From positions 67,022,001 through 67,086,000 of the forward strand of contig OX597831.1 of NCBI GenBank assembly GCA_951406725.2: 64,000 nucleotides of DNA, written 5' to 3'. The DNA comes from Octopus vulgaris (lineage: Eukaryota). Positions within the stretch are counted from its first letter, which is position 1. The number at the start of each line of letters is the position of its first letter. Position numbers and translations under genes: made by a program. The notes below the pieces were generated by a model. It was not told where the DNA came from. It saw only the letters and a program-made list of their open reading frames with translations, and made no database searches. Below, piece by piece: positions 12,350-30,479 of the stretch.

Positions 12350-15300
12350 AGTCTCAGTTTCAAATAAAATGTGCAAGCTATAGTAATCTTTGAGAAATTT
12401 TTCTATCCTTTTCTTAGTGCGTTCAACTGTTGCTTTGGATAATCTGGTATACTGGATACAATAATTCCTAAGATCAGAACTAACATAAAACTTCCCTTAT
12501 GGAATTCAATCAGTGATGTCATTACCTGGTTTTATTGATTAAGGATAAACATCATACTCATTTCATACAATTTGATATTTCAAACTATTACATTTCAATT
12601 TCACCAATCCTCCTTAATAAAGTTTTAATCTTTGGTCATAACTTTACAACAATTTCCCAACATGATACCGACATTATATTAACTGCCAGAAAAACACAAA
12701 TTGGACCAGGACTACTTTACATACTTTTTTTGATATAACAATGGGCTCATCTGACCCTGCACAAATTACAGATCTGGTTGGCCTATTTTTATTATCACAA
12801 ACTGAATCGAACTTCCTTGAAATAGCAGGCAGATTATACAGAGATGATTCCCTTTTCACTACTACCAGATTATCCAAACCAGCAGTTGAATGCACTAAAA
12901 AAAGGATACTAAAATTTCTCAAAATTTATTATAACTTGCACATTTAATTTGAGACTGACACTAAAATAGCCGACTTTCTCAATGTTACATGGAATTTAAA
13001 TACCAAGTCATACCAAATATATCATAAGCCGAATTAAACACTACAGTACATCAATGTTCTCTCCAATCATCCTACAAGCACCATAAAAAGTATTGTAACC
13101 AGAATTTTAATAAGAATCTCAAATTTATCTGTTAACGAGACAATATTTAACAACCACATTCCACATTACAAACAAGTATTACAGTTAAGTGGTTTCCAGG
13201 AAAAAATATATTATATACATAATACTATACTAAAAACAAAAATAGCAAACATTTTCCGAAAAGAATGCTAAGCCTATTAAATCTGCCTCCACTGAAAATC
13301 AATTAAAAACTTTACAATCTAAATTACACACAAGACCACACTGGCCATATCAAAAATTTACATTCAATTTGTATGACACTCCAAATAAAAATATAACAAC
13401 AAATATACACAATTCTATACATATATCTATCTAGAAAAAAATTAAGTTTATACATTAATTAATTCAAAAATAAAAGGTTATAAAATAATTTAACATAATT
13501 TATTAATTAATAATGTATAAATTCAGGGGAGATAACGTATCTAAATCAAAAAAACGTGAAATTATTTGGTACACCCCTCACTTTTCCCTTCAAATAAAAT
13601 CGTTACCAAAACTTTTCATTAAAATTTTGAAAACAAACTTTCCGAAATACCATAAATACTATTCCATATTCAATAAAACTTCTGTGAAAATTTGTTTCTC
13701 TACAACTCCTAATTTGAGATCGATAATATCTTCTATTAATAAATCAAAAATTAGCGCACAAACCTTTAAATCCAATGCGTTAGATAAATATAAGAAACTT
13801 GATCAATTCCCCAACTATAAAACACATGTAACTTGTGGTTCCAATACAACTGCTCAATCTGAAATTGATATTCATAATTTAAATAACACTATTGGCCTAC
13901 AAACTAATATCCCGGCTCCAAATTTATTCGGATCTTTTCCTTTTGAACGGCAGTTTTCAACACAATTTCTAGTTAACTAAACAATTTTAAACTTCGTATA
14001 CTGGTAGAATGTGTCAAAATAAAACATTTTTTTTCTCTTGGCTTTCTTGAGAAAATTGTAATTTATAAGTTTAACCTAATTTAATTTTTCGAGTTTTAAC
14101 CAATCGATGGCCTCTATTTAGCTAAAATCATTTGCTGCGTCTAAAACTGAGACAACATCCTGTCACTGTTATGTTTACGTTTGGAAAGCGTGTGTATAAA
14201 ATTATAGAATTATTTTGTTTGTTAATTGTTTAAATTATTTTCCATTGCTTTCGTTTTAGCCTTTCGTTTGTTTTTTTTCTTAAGCAATGGAAAATAGTTT
14301 AAACAATACATGTGTATCTCAAAACAAAAACAAAACGAATAATTTTAGACACACGCGTAACAATTAAATTAATTTAAAAATTAAGAAAAAAAAAAACGAA
14401 AGGCTAAAATTTAGGGTTAGGGTTAGTGTTAGGGTCAGTGACAGTATGTTGTCTCAGTTTTAGACGCAGCAAATGATTTTAGCTAAATAGAGGCCATCGA
14501 TTGGCTAAAATTCGAAAAATTAAACTACGTTAAACTCACAAATTACAATTTTCTCAAGAAAGCCAAGAGAAAAAAATGTTTTATTTTGACACATTCTACC
14601 AGTATACGAAGTTTAAAAGTTGAAAACTGCCATTCAAAAGGAAAAGATCCATTTATTCAAATTAAAAATGAAACAGCAAAAAAGAAGAAAAAGATGCAAT
14701 TGTCGTGTAAATGATTCCTTGCAGGAATTAATAAATGTCAGGTATCAACACCAGATGCAAAACCTAAAATATACATTGGTAGTGCCACTGATTTTAAGCG
14801 TAGATATCAAACTTATATCTATTCTTTTAACAATCCTAAATATAAAATGACTACCATGCTTGCTAGGTATATCCACAAGCTCAAATCAGAGAAGAGAAAA
14901 TATACTCTAAAATGCTCCATTGTATAACACTAATTTAGGTAAATGTAAATTATGTATAAGGGAAGCACTCATCATTCTTCGAACGCACAATCTACTGCTA
15001 CTTAACAAATTGTCAGACATGGTTTTTTTCATGCAAACATAAAATTTACACAACATTTTTACACTACAGTGACTGATTAGAATTGAACTAAGATATATTT
15101 TAAAACAAACTTTTATTCCTTGTTATATTTTATTGGAATATATTTCTCTTTCTTCCCCTACCCATGCCTCTTATCTATAAGGAAACCTAACATAATTTGT
15201 TAACTTGCAAATGTAAGCCTGCTACCCTGAAGAAAGAGGAATTGATAAATAATGGGTATTTATCGCCTTATTTTTACCTGCAATTAACCCCTAGAAACAG

Positions 15301-15440
15301 CCACTGGCACCCTATTATAACTATCCTGATTTTTAATTTCTTTCCTCCTTCTATCTGTTATTTTGTTTTCATCACTACTTCAAACCTTCTTCAATATATT
15401 TACGTATATATGTATGTTTTAATATATTTATGTCTACATC
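12350..15440 (+). mobile_element. Decayed Penelope-like retroelement (RT + GIY-YIG endonuclease), interrupted by a MITE, with an inverted 5' segment
   Basis: Fragments QFDISNYY, MGSSDPAQITDLVGLFLL, LYRDD, SNHP, IIWYTPHFS, IFNKTSVKICFSTTPN, CNCR, YIGSA; 12350-12450 is a diverged reverse complement of 12864-12960. Confidence 0.85.
13930..14650. mobile_element. MITE with GGATCTTTTC TIRs, long subterminal inverted repeats and internal TTAGGG; 8-bp TSD ATTTATTC
   Basis: TSD at 13922-13929 and 14651-14658; termini ggatcttttccttttgaacggcagtttt / aaaactgccattcaaaaggaaaagatcc. Confidence 0.9.
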
Positions 15441-15632
15441 TAAATTTTTTTTTTAAATCTATTAATCTTACATATAAATTTTTTTTTAAATGTCTATGTA
15501 TTTATATTTTTTAATGTATCTTGTATATATTTGTGCTTTAAATTCATCTGAAATCAAAGTCATGTTTATGGGTCAAATTATCAAAAAAAGCAGCATCAGC
15601 ACCAGGTTTGGTGCGGATACTACTATCTTTTG

Positions 15633-15686
<54 letters not shown>

Positions 15687-15759
15687 CACACACATGTATT
15701 ATATACATACATATATGTGTGTGTATTTATAAATATGTGAGTATGTAGCTATTCTACTA

Positions 15760-18104
15760 GTAGCGAAATGGATGAATAAAGTGATTGAGGCAGTCAGGGT
15801 ATGTGATAGAATTGTTAAGCTAAGAATAGTCTTCTTTGATGTAACTGTATCAGTTATCTCAGTATATGCTCCACACACCAGACTTGCAGATACTCAGATG
15901 GACCACTTCTACAAATCCTTTCTGAGGACTACTTCAACAACATTCTCATTGTGGCAGGGGACTTTAATGGACATGTTGGAAGACATCCCAATGGATCCCA
16001 GGGTGTGCATGGAAGCTACAGCTTTGGCTCTAGAAATGAGGAAGGGACAAGGCTGCTGGAGTTTCGTGACGTGCAGGACTTACTGGTCTACAACACCAAC
16101 TTCAGAAAACTTACCAACTATCTTATCACTTATCAATCTGGGGGACATACTAGCCAGATTGACTACATCCTCACCATACATGGGGACAGATATATGATCA
16201 TAAATGCAAAATCTTTCTTCCCCTACCCATGCCTCTTATCTATAAGGAAACCTAACATAATTTGTCAACTTGCAAATGTAAACCTGTTACCCTGAAGAAA
16301 GAGGAATTGCTAAATTCGTTTTCATCACTACTTCAAACCTTCTTCAATATATTTACGTATATATGTATGTTTTAATATATTTATGTCTACATTTATATGT
16401 AAGATTAATAGATTTTTAAATAAATATATATATATTCACCAATGTTGATCTAGAGAAAGCTTTTGATAGAGTATCATGTGTGATATGGTGAGCTCTGAGG
16501 AAACTAAGGATAGATGAGTGGCTTATGAAAGCTGTTCAGGCCATATATAGAGATGCTGCCAGTAAGGTGATAGTTAATGAGTACAGCAAAGAATTTCTTA
16601 CGCAGGTAGGCATTCATAAGCTAGTGGTTAGTGACTCCAGGGTTAGGGCCCAAAGGATCCAGAGATGCAAGCCAATATGGAAAAGGAGGTTGTGGAAGCT
16701 CAAAGATCTTTCAAAGAGACAAAGATTTAGAGGTGTTTTTAATGAAGCTTTTGATGAGAAGGAGGAAGAAAGAGTGACATTTCTTGCAGACAACCACTGG
16801 AAGGACAATCTACTGAGGGTGACAAACCAAGTCTGTGGTTGGAGTAAAGCCTCTGCCAGATCAAGGGTGACTTGGCAGTGTAACAATGAGGTTGACAGGG
16901 TCAAAAAAGAGAAGAGACAGAGCTAGAAAGAATGGGTAACAAAGAATCACTTCAGAAATTTAAAAGAGAAGCATGACATCAGGTTTATTTAGCTAGGGCA
17001 CAAGTAGAAAGGAAGAAGCTTGCCAGTGTCCTACAGCATGAAAATCAGAGACTTGAGGTGTTCTGGATTGCTAGACAGTGTGTCAAAGAGAATTAAGATA
17101 TTGTGAGAGAGAAGTATGTGCGGATGTATAACAGTATGCTTGCACTTAATGATGCAGACAAGAAAGGGGCATGGAAGAGTTACTATGCAAGGCTATTGAA
17201 TGTGGAGAATGATTAGGATAAAGGGAGTCTCCTTTATCCAACAGAGAGACCAGCTAACCTAGTGGACAGCAATATGGTAGGTAAGGCAATTATAGACATG
17301 GAAACAGGAAAAGCCCCTTGTCTATCAGGAGTCACTGCTAAGATGCTCAAAATATCCGGTGAGGTAGGATACAGGCTAGTCACCTGCATAGTTAATCAGG
17401 TTATTTAAGAAGGTGTAAAACCCAGTGACTGGTGTAGCAGCATTATAGTTAGCTGCTATAAAGGTAAGGGAGATGCCTTAGATATAAGCAATTATAGAAG
17501 CATCAAACTCCTGGACCAGATGATGAAAATTAGAGAGATTGAGGCAGTCAGGGTATGTGATAGAATTGTTAAGCTAAGAATAGTCTTCTTTGATGTAACT
17601 GTATCAGTTATCTCAGTATATGCTCCACACACCAGACTCGCAGATACTCAGATGGACCACTTCTACAAATCCTTTCTGAGGACTACTTCAACAACATTTG
17701 AAGTTATAGCACAATCAATTAGGGGCAGAATTAGGCTAGACAAAATGCAGTCTGGTTTCATCCCAAGGAGAAGCACTACTGACACTATTTTCATAATTAG
17801 GCAACTGCAAAAGAAGTACTTAGCCAAGAACCATTATACTTGGCCTTTTTTGATCTAGAGAAAGCTTTTGATAGGGTACCCTCTAGAAAAAAGCGTTGTC
17901 TGCACACACAGCAGGAATATCAGGTGCAAACACCCCTGTACAGAGTCTTGATATTCAATATTTAATTAATATTGTTTGGGTGTGCGGATTATACTAACCT
18001 AGCAAGGTGCCTCACTTTAAGTACCTAAATCAACTGAATCTTAATTATATTTTATATAATTGTGAGTGGGTTTGGTAGACGGAAACTGAAAGAAACCCAT
18101 CATG

Positions 18105-18154
<50 letters not shown>

Positions 18155-19330
18155 CAATATTGATCTAGAGAAAGCTTTTGATAGAGTATCATGTGTGATA
18201 TGGTGGGCTCTGCAGAAGCTAGGGTTAGATGAGTGGCTTATGAAAGCTGTTCAGGCCATATATAGAGATGCTGCCAGTAAGGCGAGAGTTAATGAGTACA
18301 GCAAAGAATTTCATACACAGGTAGGCATTCATCAGGGCTCAGTCCTCAGTCTTCTCCTTTTCATTATTGTCCTCCAAACTATAGCAGAGGAATTCAAGAC
18401 TGGCAGACCCTGGGAACTGCTAAATGATAATGATCTTGCCCTCATAGCAGATTCTATATCAGAGCTAGAAGAGAAATTTCATGTGTGTGCAAAGACCCTA
18501 CCCCTTCAGGTAGGTGGCCCTGCTCAATTTGTAGGAAAGGTGGAAGCAGGAATTCCATACAGCATACTCACTGTAAGCTATGGATACACAAGAGGTGCAG
18601 CGGAATAATAGGAAGATTATCAGAGAAAGTAGTGTTCATATGTGGAAGAGGCATAGGAACCTTAAAAACTACAGATACTCAGGAGATTGATTCTCTCAAA
18701 TGCCTTGGTGGCTCATTAGAGGTAGTGGATAATTTCTGCTACCTAGGGAACCAAATAATTTCTGCTACCTAGGGAATGTATGGAGAGCATGATAGCTAGA
18801 ATAAGAACAGGATGGAGGAAATTCAGAGAACTTTAACCTCTGTTGGCAACCAAAGGTTTCTTTCTCTGGGGGAAAGGAAGATTGTAGGATGCATGTATAC
18901 GGACAGTTATTCTACATGGGCCCTGAAGGCAGGACATGCAAAGGCTAGAGAAGAATGATGCTAGTATGCTCTACTGGATGTGTAATATAAGTGTACATGT
19001 TCAACAGAGTGCCAGTGTATTGAGAGAGAAGTCAGGCATAAGAGGAATTAGATGCAGTGTGTAAGAGAGAATGCTGCACTGGTTCGGTCATGTGATGTAG
19101 ATGGATGCCAACAGCTCCATAAAGAAGAGCCAGTCATTCAATGTAGATGGGACACATGGAAGAGGGAGACCCAGTAAGACATGGAACAAAATACTGGAGG
19201 ATGACCTCAGGACACTGAACCTTTCAGACAAGATGACAAAGGACCAAGATACCTGGCACCGTGCTCTACTAGAAGAAGACCTATACTCCACAGCAGAAGT
19301 GTTAAGGCCGCTCCCCCTGGTGAGGAGGAT
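15760..19330 (+). mobile_element. Decayed, rearranged RTE-clade LINE (APE EN, RT, PHD-like finger)
   Basis: ISVYAP, AGDFNGHVG, SQIDYI, RSTTDTIFIIRQLQ, DLEKAFDRV, GIHQGSVLS, HGRGRPSKTW; many stops, frameshifts and internal duplications. Confidence 0.9.
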
Positions 19331-19534
19331 TGGCCTGCAAGAATCCTGGTGACACATTAAAAGCATTAGTGCTCTATCTGAAAGGTCAGTGGAGTGATAT
19401 AGGCCTTCAGACCTCTATTGTTTGTAATAGCTTAAGCCAATCAATTTGGTTGATGATACTAAGACATAAATAAACAGTAAAAGGACCCAAAATAATAGTA
19501 AATGCCTTTAGAAGGACTTCAATGCTGTATACAT

Positions 19535-19753
19535 CAGTGCTTTTCAAACTTTTTGCTGGAGCGGAACCCCAAGGAAACATTCCATTGGCTCGAGGAACCC
19601 CTGTGCAATAATTTAATAGTCTTATGCACACATATCTGCACAGGAGACTTAAAAATTACTGCCTATTTTAGCAGTTTTGTAACTTCTTGCGGAACCCCTG
19701 CACTGTACTTGCAGAACCCTAAGGTTCCACGGAACCCTGGTTGAAAACCACAG
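19535..19753. mobile_element. hAT (Charlie-like) MITE, 8-bp TSD GTATACAT
   Basis: Termini cagtgcttttcaa / ttgaaaaccacag; TSD at 19527-19534 and 19754-19761. Confidence 0.85.
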
Positions 19754-20246
19754 GTATACATACTGGACTAGAGAAAACAATATGAAGTTCAGTACAGTAT
19801 TACCATCAATTAATTCTCCAACAATACAAAATGAAGACACACAGCTCAAAGAAACTGCAATACCAAGGCCTGAAACAGCAGAGGTCCTGAGAATTGCAAT
19901 GAATAAGGATACATCATTTCATGCACTTATTAAAAAATTGGAAAAAAACAGGCCAAAGATTAGCAGGATGGATTCTAAGGATATTTGAACAAGACCACAA
20001 GAGATTATGATTGTTTTCTGGAAGACTGTTGTTCTTAGTCACCTAAATTATTGATAACCAGTTATAGTCAGTTCATACTATCAAGATGAACTGGAGGCAA
20101 TCATACTCAAAACAAACTGCTCTATACACCAAATGTGCTCCTGAGAGAGGTTAAAGGCTTTGAAACTATATTTCCAGGAAAATAGAAGGGAATAGTGATT
20201 AACAAAAATCTATATCTGGAAAGTACTAGAGAAACTAGCACCAAAC

Positions 20247-20541
20247 TGTGGAGGCACATGGCCTAGTGGTTAGAGCAGCAGACTCGCGGTAGGGGGTTCG
20301 CATCTCAGACCGGGTGATTGTGTTTATGAGCGAAACACCTAAGCTCCATGCAGCTCTGGTAGAAGGTAATGGCGAAACTTCTGCTGACTCTTTCACCACA
20401 ACTTTCTCTCACTCTTTCCTCCTGCATCTTGCAGCTCACCTGCGACGGACCGGCGTTGCATCCAGGTGGGGAACCTATACACCAAGAAACCGGGAAATTG
20501 GCCCTTGTGAGCCCAGGCATGGCTCGAGAAGGAACAACCAC
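20247..20541 (+). mobile_element. tRNA-derived SINE (family 2), 15-bp TSD AAACTAGCACCAAAC
   Basis: A-box tggcctagtgg, B-box-like ggttcgcatct; TSD at 20232-20246 and 20542-20556; second copy at 57938. Confidence 0.9.
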
Positions 20542-22558
20542 AAACTAGCACCAAACAAAACCTCAAAAAGGACATTAATGTATAATCTTAAAAGTTCTGC
20601 TTTCTTGTTCTTATTGAGAACGAGGCACTTGAGTTTCAAATGTTCACAGCTGTTCAGTGTTCTCCTTCAAAGCAGCGGGGGTGGATTAGATATGCAAATG
20701 TCCAATGAATGCAATAGAGTGAAAGTTGGTAGAGTTAGAAAGGTTGCCTTTCTTGGGATGCAACACACTGTAACATGCTTCCAAAGTTCCGGATAGATTT
20801 CTGCGGAGATTTCTGGAGAGAATGAAGAGCTTGATGAACATTGTGGCTATTTCTGATGTGCAATATTCAAGAGTAATGGAAGACTGTCAAGACTAGTAGG
20901 AAGGAGATAGGCCTGGAAGATGTTTGCCAAGAGTGTGGTGTGGAGTTGACTGCAAAGCAGGCAGCAATGGTAGAGTCTTTCTTTACAGCAGTACTGCTCG
21001 AAGAACTATCAACGTTATGAAGCAAAGGAAAATTCAATTCAATAAACTTAGTTTCAAAGGTGAAATAACCCGAGAGCTGTATGAAGTCATTTTTAGCAGT
21101 TTGGATGATGACCTTTTAGATGTTGCATTGATGAGCAAATACACCTAGTTTTTGGAGGCAAAGTGGTTTTTGCCACATGCTGTCATTAGATATGACATCT
21201 CTTTATACAATCTGATTGATTATGCAAGTGATTTGTGTGTATCCATCCTACACCAGTGGATATCTTTAGCATCTGGTTGAGTTGCTTTCCCTTCCTTCCT
21301 ATCCTTAACAACACATTCAACAGCTGGTCTCTTTCTCTCCTACACATTCTCTTCACTTGGCAACCTCTTTAGTAGCACTTCTGCATCTTTATTCTCCTTA
21401 TCAGTGAAGTCAAGCATGCCATTACCATCACACCTTTCCTCAATGACACTTTCTTTTGCACCCCAGTGCATATCAAGCCTCTCATTCTTTCATCACAGAA
21501 CATTAGCAAACCTCTTAGTTTCAGCAGCTTTTCTTAATGTTTATTTCTTCCCTCTTACTTCCAATCTTTCTCGGCCAGTCCCTTAGTATTTACAGTTCTA
21601 CCTAATGTACTACTCTACTGCACCTTACTTTATCCACAAACCTGATCTATGACTCACAGCAAGCTATCTCATAGAAACTCCCAGTTGTCCTTTATTCCCG
21701 TCTCCCAGCCATATGCATGAACTGATATTTCTTTGAACCTCCAACTGACTGAAAGGTTCTTCAGTTTACATTCCCTCCTGCTCCAGATTGTTTTATGTCT
21801 CTTTCACCATGTAGGTCTTATAGAGATCAATGATCCCTCGTCTATGTTGTATGGTGTATTCTTCAACCAGTTATGTAACCTGTTTTCTTGGGGAGTATAA
21901 AATTTTATTTGATTTACATATTTACTTGAGTGATCAGGTGGTTATACAGTTTCCTGAAGAGATGTAAATGGTTAAGTCAGTTGCATTACAGAATTTTAGG
22001 GGCCTTCATGAGTCCCTATTCCTCATACCATATCCAAAGCATCCATGTACACTGGTGTATCCATCATGTATTTTGTCCAGTAAAGTCACCAGCCGGGTGA
22101 TAATATGGTTACTGTCATTCATCATTGAGGTAGTCACTGAGGTAACAAAGAAGCCTCTATACATTCACTCGACCAGCTTAAAACTATCATCTTAAAACAG
22201 ATAGGACACAGTGGGCAATAGTCCTTGATATGTAAAAGTATGTAAAATCATGGACAGAACGACTCTAATCTTAGGTCTACTAGATCTGGGTTGACCTGAG
22301 GTTAAACAGGAGTAACAATATATCATGCGTGTATTATGGTAAATACATACATGTTTAACATGATAATAATACTAATGTTAATGTTATCAATGGAATATGC
22401 GTGCACAGGCAGTAAGATAACATGACAGACAGGTAAAAATCAAAACAGTTGATATAGGTAATGCATATTAGATAAGATAGAAGGAATAATACAACCTACA
22501 TGACAGTGAGATATCGATACGGAACAACAACAACAAAAAATAATGTTTGTATGATCAT

Positions 22559-22650
22559 TCGGCGAAGGTAAAGAATTCGCACACCGTCCGTTTTCGGCGG
22601 TTAGGGTTACGCCGAAAACGGGTGGTGTGCGTATTCTTTACCTCCGCCGA
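22559..22650. repeat. ~92-bp foldback palindrome with GTTAGGGTTA loop
   Basis: 41-bp arms 22559-22599 and 22610-22650 are reverse complements with about 4 mismatches. Confidence 0.85.
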
Positions 22651-23112
22651 TCAGGTTTACAATCAAAGTATACAGATTGAACAAAAGGTCCAGAATTATT
22701 TTCATTCATGACCGAAAGTAAGATTGGATGAGTCACGGTGGAATGCTACAGTAACATCGGTGGGTGTCCCATGGAAAGAAATATCAAACGTTTCAAAGAC
22801 AGCTCGTTATCCAAACAAAATAATGAAATTCAATATTTTAAAAGGTAAACATTGCTGTGTAAAATAAAATATGACTTTCACAGTTACCTTTATAAAGTAC
22901 ATGTCTGAATTACCAAAAGCTGATATCTTCACTTAACTGGGTTGCGTTGTCTGCACACACGGCAGGAATATCAGGTACAAACACCCCTGCACGGAGCCTT
23001 GATATTCAATATTTAATTAACATTGTTTGGGTATGCGGATTATACGGACCTAGCAAGGTCCCTCATTTTAATTACCTAAATCAACAGAATCCTTAGTTAT
23101 ATTTTATATAAT

Positions 23113-23153
23113 TGTGAATGGGTTTGGTAGACGGAAACTGAAAGAAGCCCATC

Positions 23154-23191
<38 letters not shown>

Positions 23192-23541
23192 AACCTTTAT
23201 ATATATAAATAACGTGAAATACACGAAGGGACGAACATAAGAGACAGACGGGTGTCATTCAAAGCCTTCGTTCTTCAGTCAGAAACCGATTCCTCATCGC
23301 AGATTTCGGCTGTTAAGTGTGTGTCCTTGTGTCTGTGTTTGTCCCCCGTCATCCTCGCTTGACAACCGATGTTGATGTGTTTATGTCCCCGTAACTTAGC
23401 AGTTCGACAAAAGAAACCGATAGAATAAGTGTCGAGCTTACGAAGAATAAGCCAGCCCTAAGGTCGATTTCTTTGACTAAAAGACGGTGCTCGAGCATGG
23501 CCGCAGTCAAACGATCGAAACAAATAAAAGAGTAAAAGAGA
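23113..23541 (+). mobile_element. 5'-truncated SINE (family 1) with an internal insertion
   Basis: tttggtagacggaaactgaaagaagccc ... gcatggccgcagtcaa ... taaaagagtaaaagag. Confidence 0.85.
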
Positions 23542-28930
<5,389 letters not shown>

Positions 28931-29867
28931 GTGTGATAAACAACATTTTGAAATCAGGTTTAAAGCACTAACAGGAGTCCCATGTATTTAGTTTATCAAG
29001 GTGTTACGTAAAATATCAACAGTTTTCATATAATCAAGAACTCCAACACCTTATTGGATTTGTTGTCGTATAGAGAACCAAGTTAACACTATCCAGCACA
29101 CACCTATGTTGAAGGGCGTGCCAAGCTTAATAATCCCGTGATATTCTTTTTGTATGTTTGTTTTTAATGTCCGTAAACCTGAAAACGACACAGCATGTTT
29201 TAGCTTTTTAAGGCGGTACTATATGACTAGAGCGAGATTTGGTTGGTATTTCTAGGAGAAGCACCCATGTAAAGATTTTCGTGGCAAAGTATTTTGATAA
29301 AGAGTGCTTGTGTTTCAGTATTTACAAAACGAAAGTGTTTTTAATAAGGATACTAAATCGATGGGACTCGTATTGCTCAGTAATACCGGGTTGGATTTGA
29401 TACACATTTACAACCAGTGAACAAATGTTCCGTGGTATGGAACCAGAAGTACCTTTAAAAAGGGAGGAAAAACAACCTTCTTCCTTTCCTATGAGGTACG
29501 AGACTTTGAGGGACAGCTGTTCTTTCCCATGAGGTATGGGACTTCGATAGACGGCTGTTCCAAAACTCCGCCATGTTACCTTAAGTCAGCCTTAATCACG
29601 AAGACCTATGTCAAATACATCCAGCCATGACCATCACACCTTTTTTATATAAAAAAAACTATATTGCCCAATGCGGCCTTCTTGTTTTAATATAGTGGGA
29701 TGTGATTTTGAGATTCGGCTGCTATATCTAGTAAGTCGAGCGACCGCACGGAAGCTTCATCGCTATATTGTGACGTGCACCACCTTTCATCTATGCAACT
29801 TACAATTATCGACAAGGAATGACAGTAGAATATAAATGGATATTCATACTTATAATTGTACAAGCAT

Positions 29868-30126
29868 GTACATACATAAATACCTACATATACACATGCA
29901 TACGTACATATATACGTACATACATATATACATACCTACATACTTACATATATACATATGTACATACATTCATACATACATATATACATACATACATACA
30001 TTCATACATACATATATACATACATACCTACATACAATCATACATACTTACATATATACATATGTACATACATACATACCTACATACATCCATCCATACA
30101 TACATGCATGCATACATATATATATA
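29868..30126. repeat. (TACA)n microsatellite
   Basis: Directly visible. Confidence 0.9.
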
Positions 30127-30479
30127 CGACACACGTTTGTTGTGACTTACCAATGGGCAACTCAAGTGTATTGTAAGCTTCCTTCCTTGTCAAAGCCATT
30201 TAGAACAAAACATAATAGAGTCGAAGTTCCTTTCCTTCATTTGCACCGTAAACATCCAAGTGTCACCTCGCACCAACACAAGCAGCAACCGCCATATTCA
30301 CCAAAGCATGTGAATATATCACGTGATCAAGCACAACTCGAGTATTATTGAATTATCCCCCTTCGATTCGTGCCGTGGCTCCTATTGAGATTCTTCAAAT
30401 ACTTTCTTTCTCCAGTTGGAAACGGTTTATAATACCGGATTCAGCTTCTTGTTCCGATTATTAATCTAATTTTATGTTA

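Noticed and set aside
20247-20320. tRNA genes at SINE heads (also 31270, 42744, 57938, 58761)
   Set aside because: A/B boxes continue into SINE bodies with tails or TSDs; no complete cloverleaf evident
20800-21850. Possible very old LINE on the minus strand
   Set aside because: No diagnostic motif could be read with confidence
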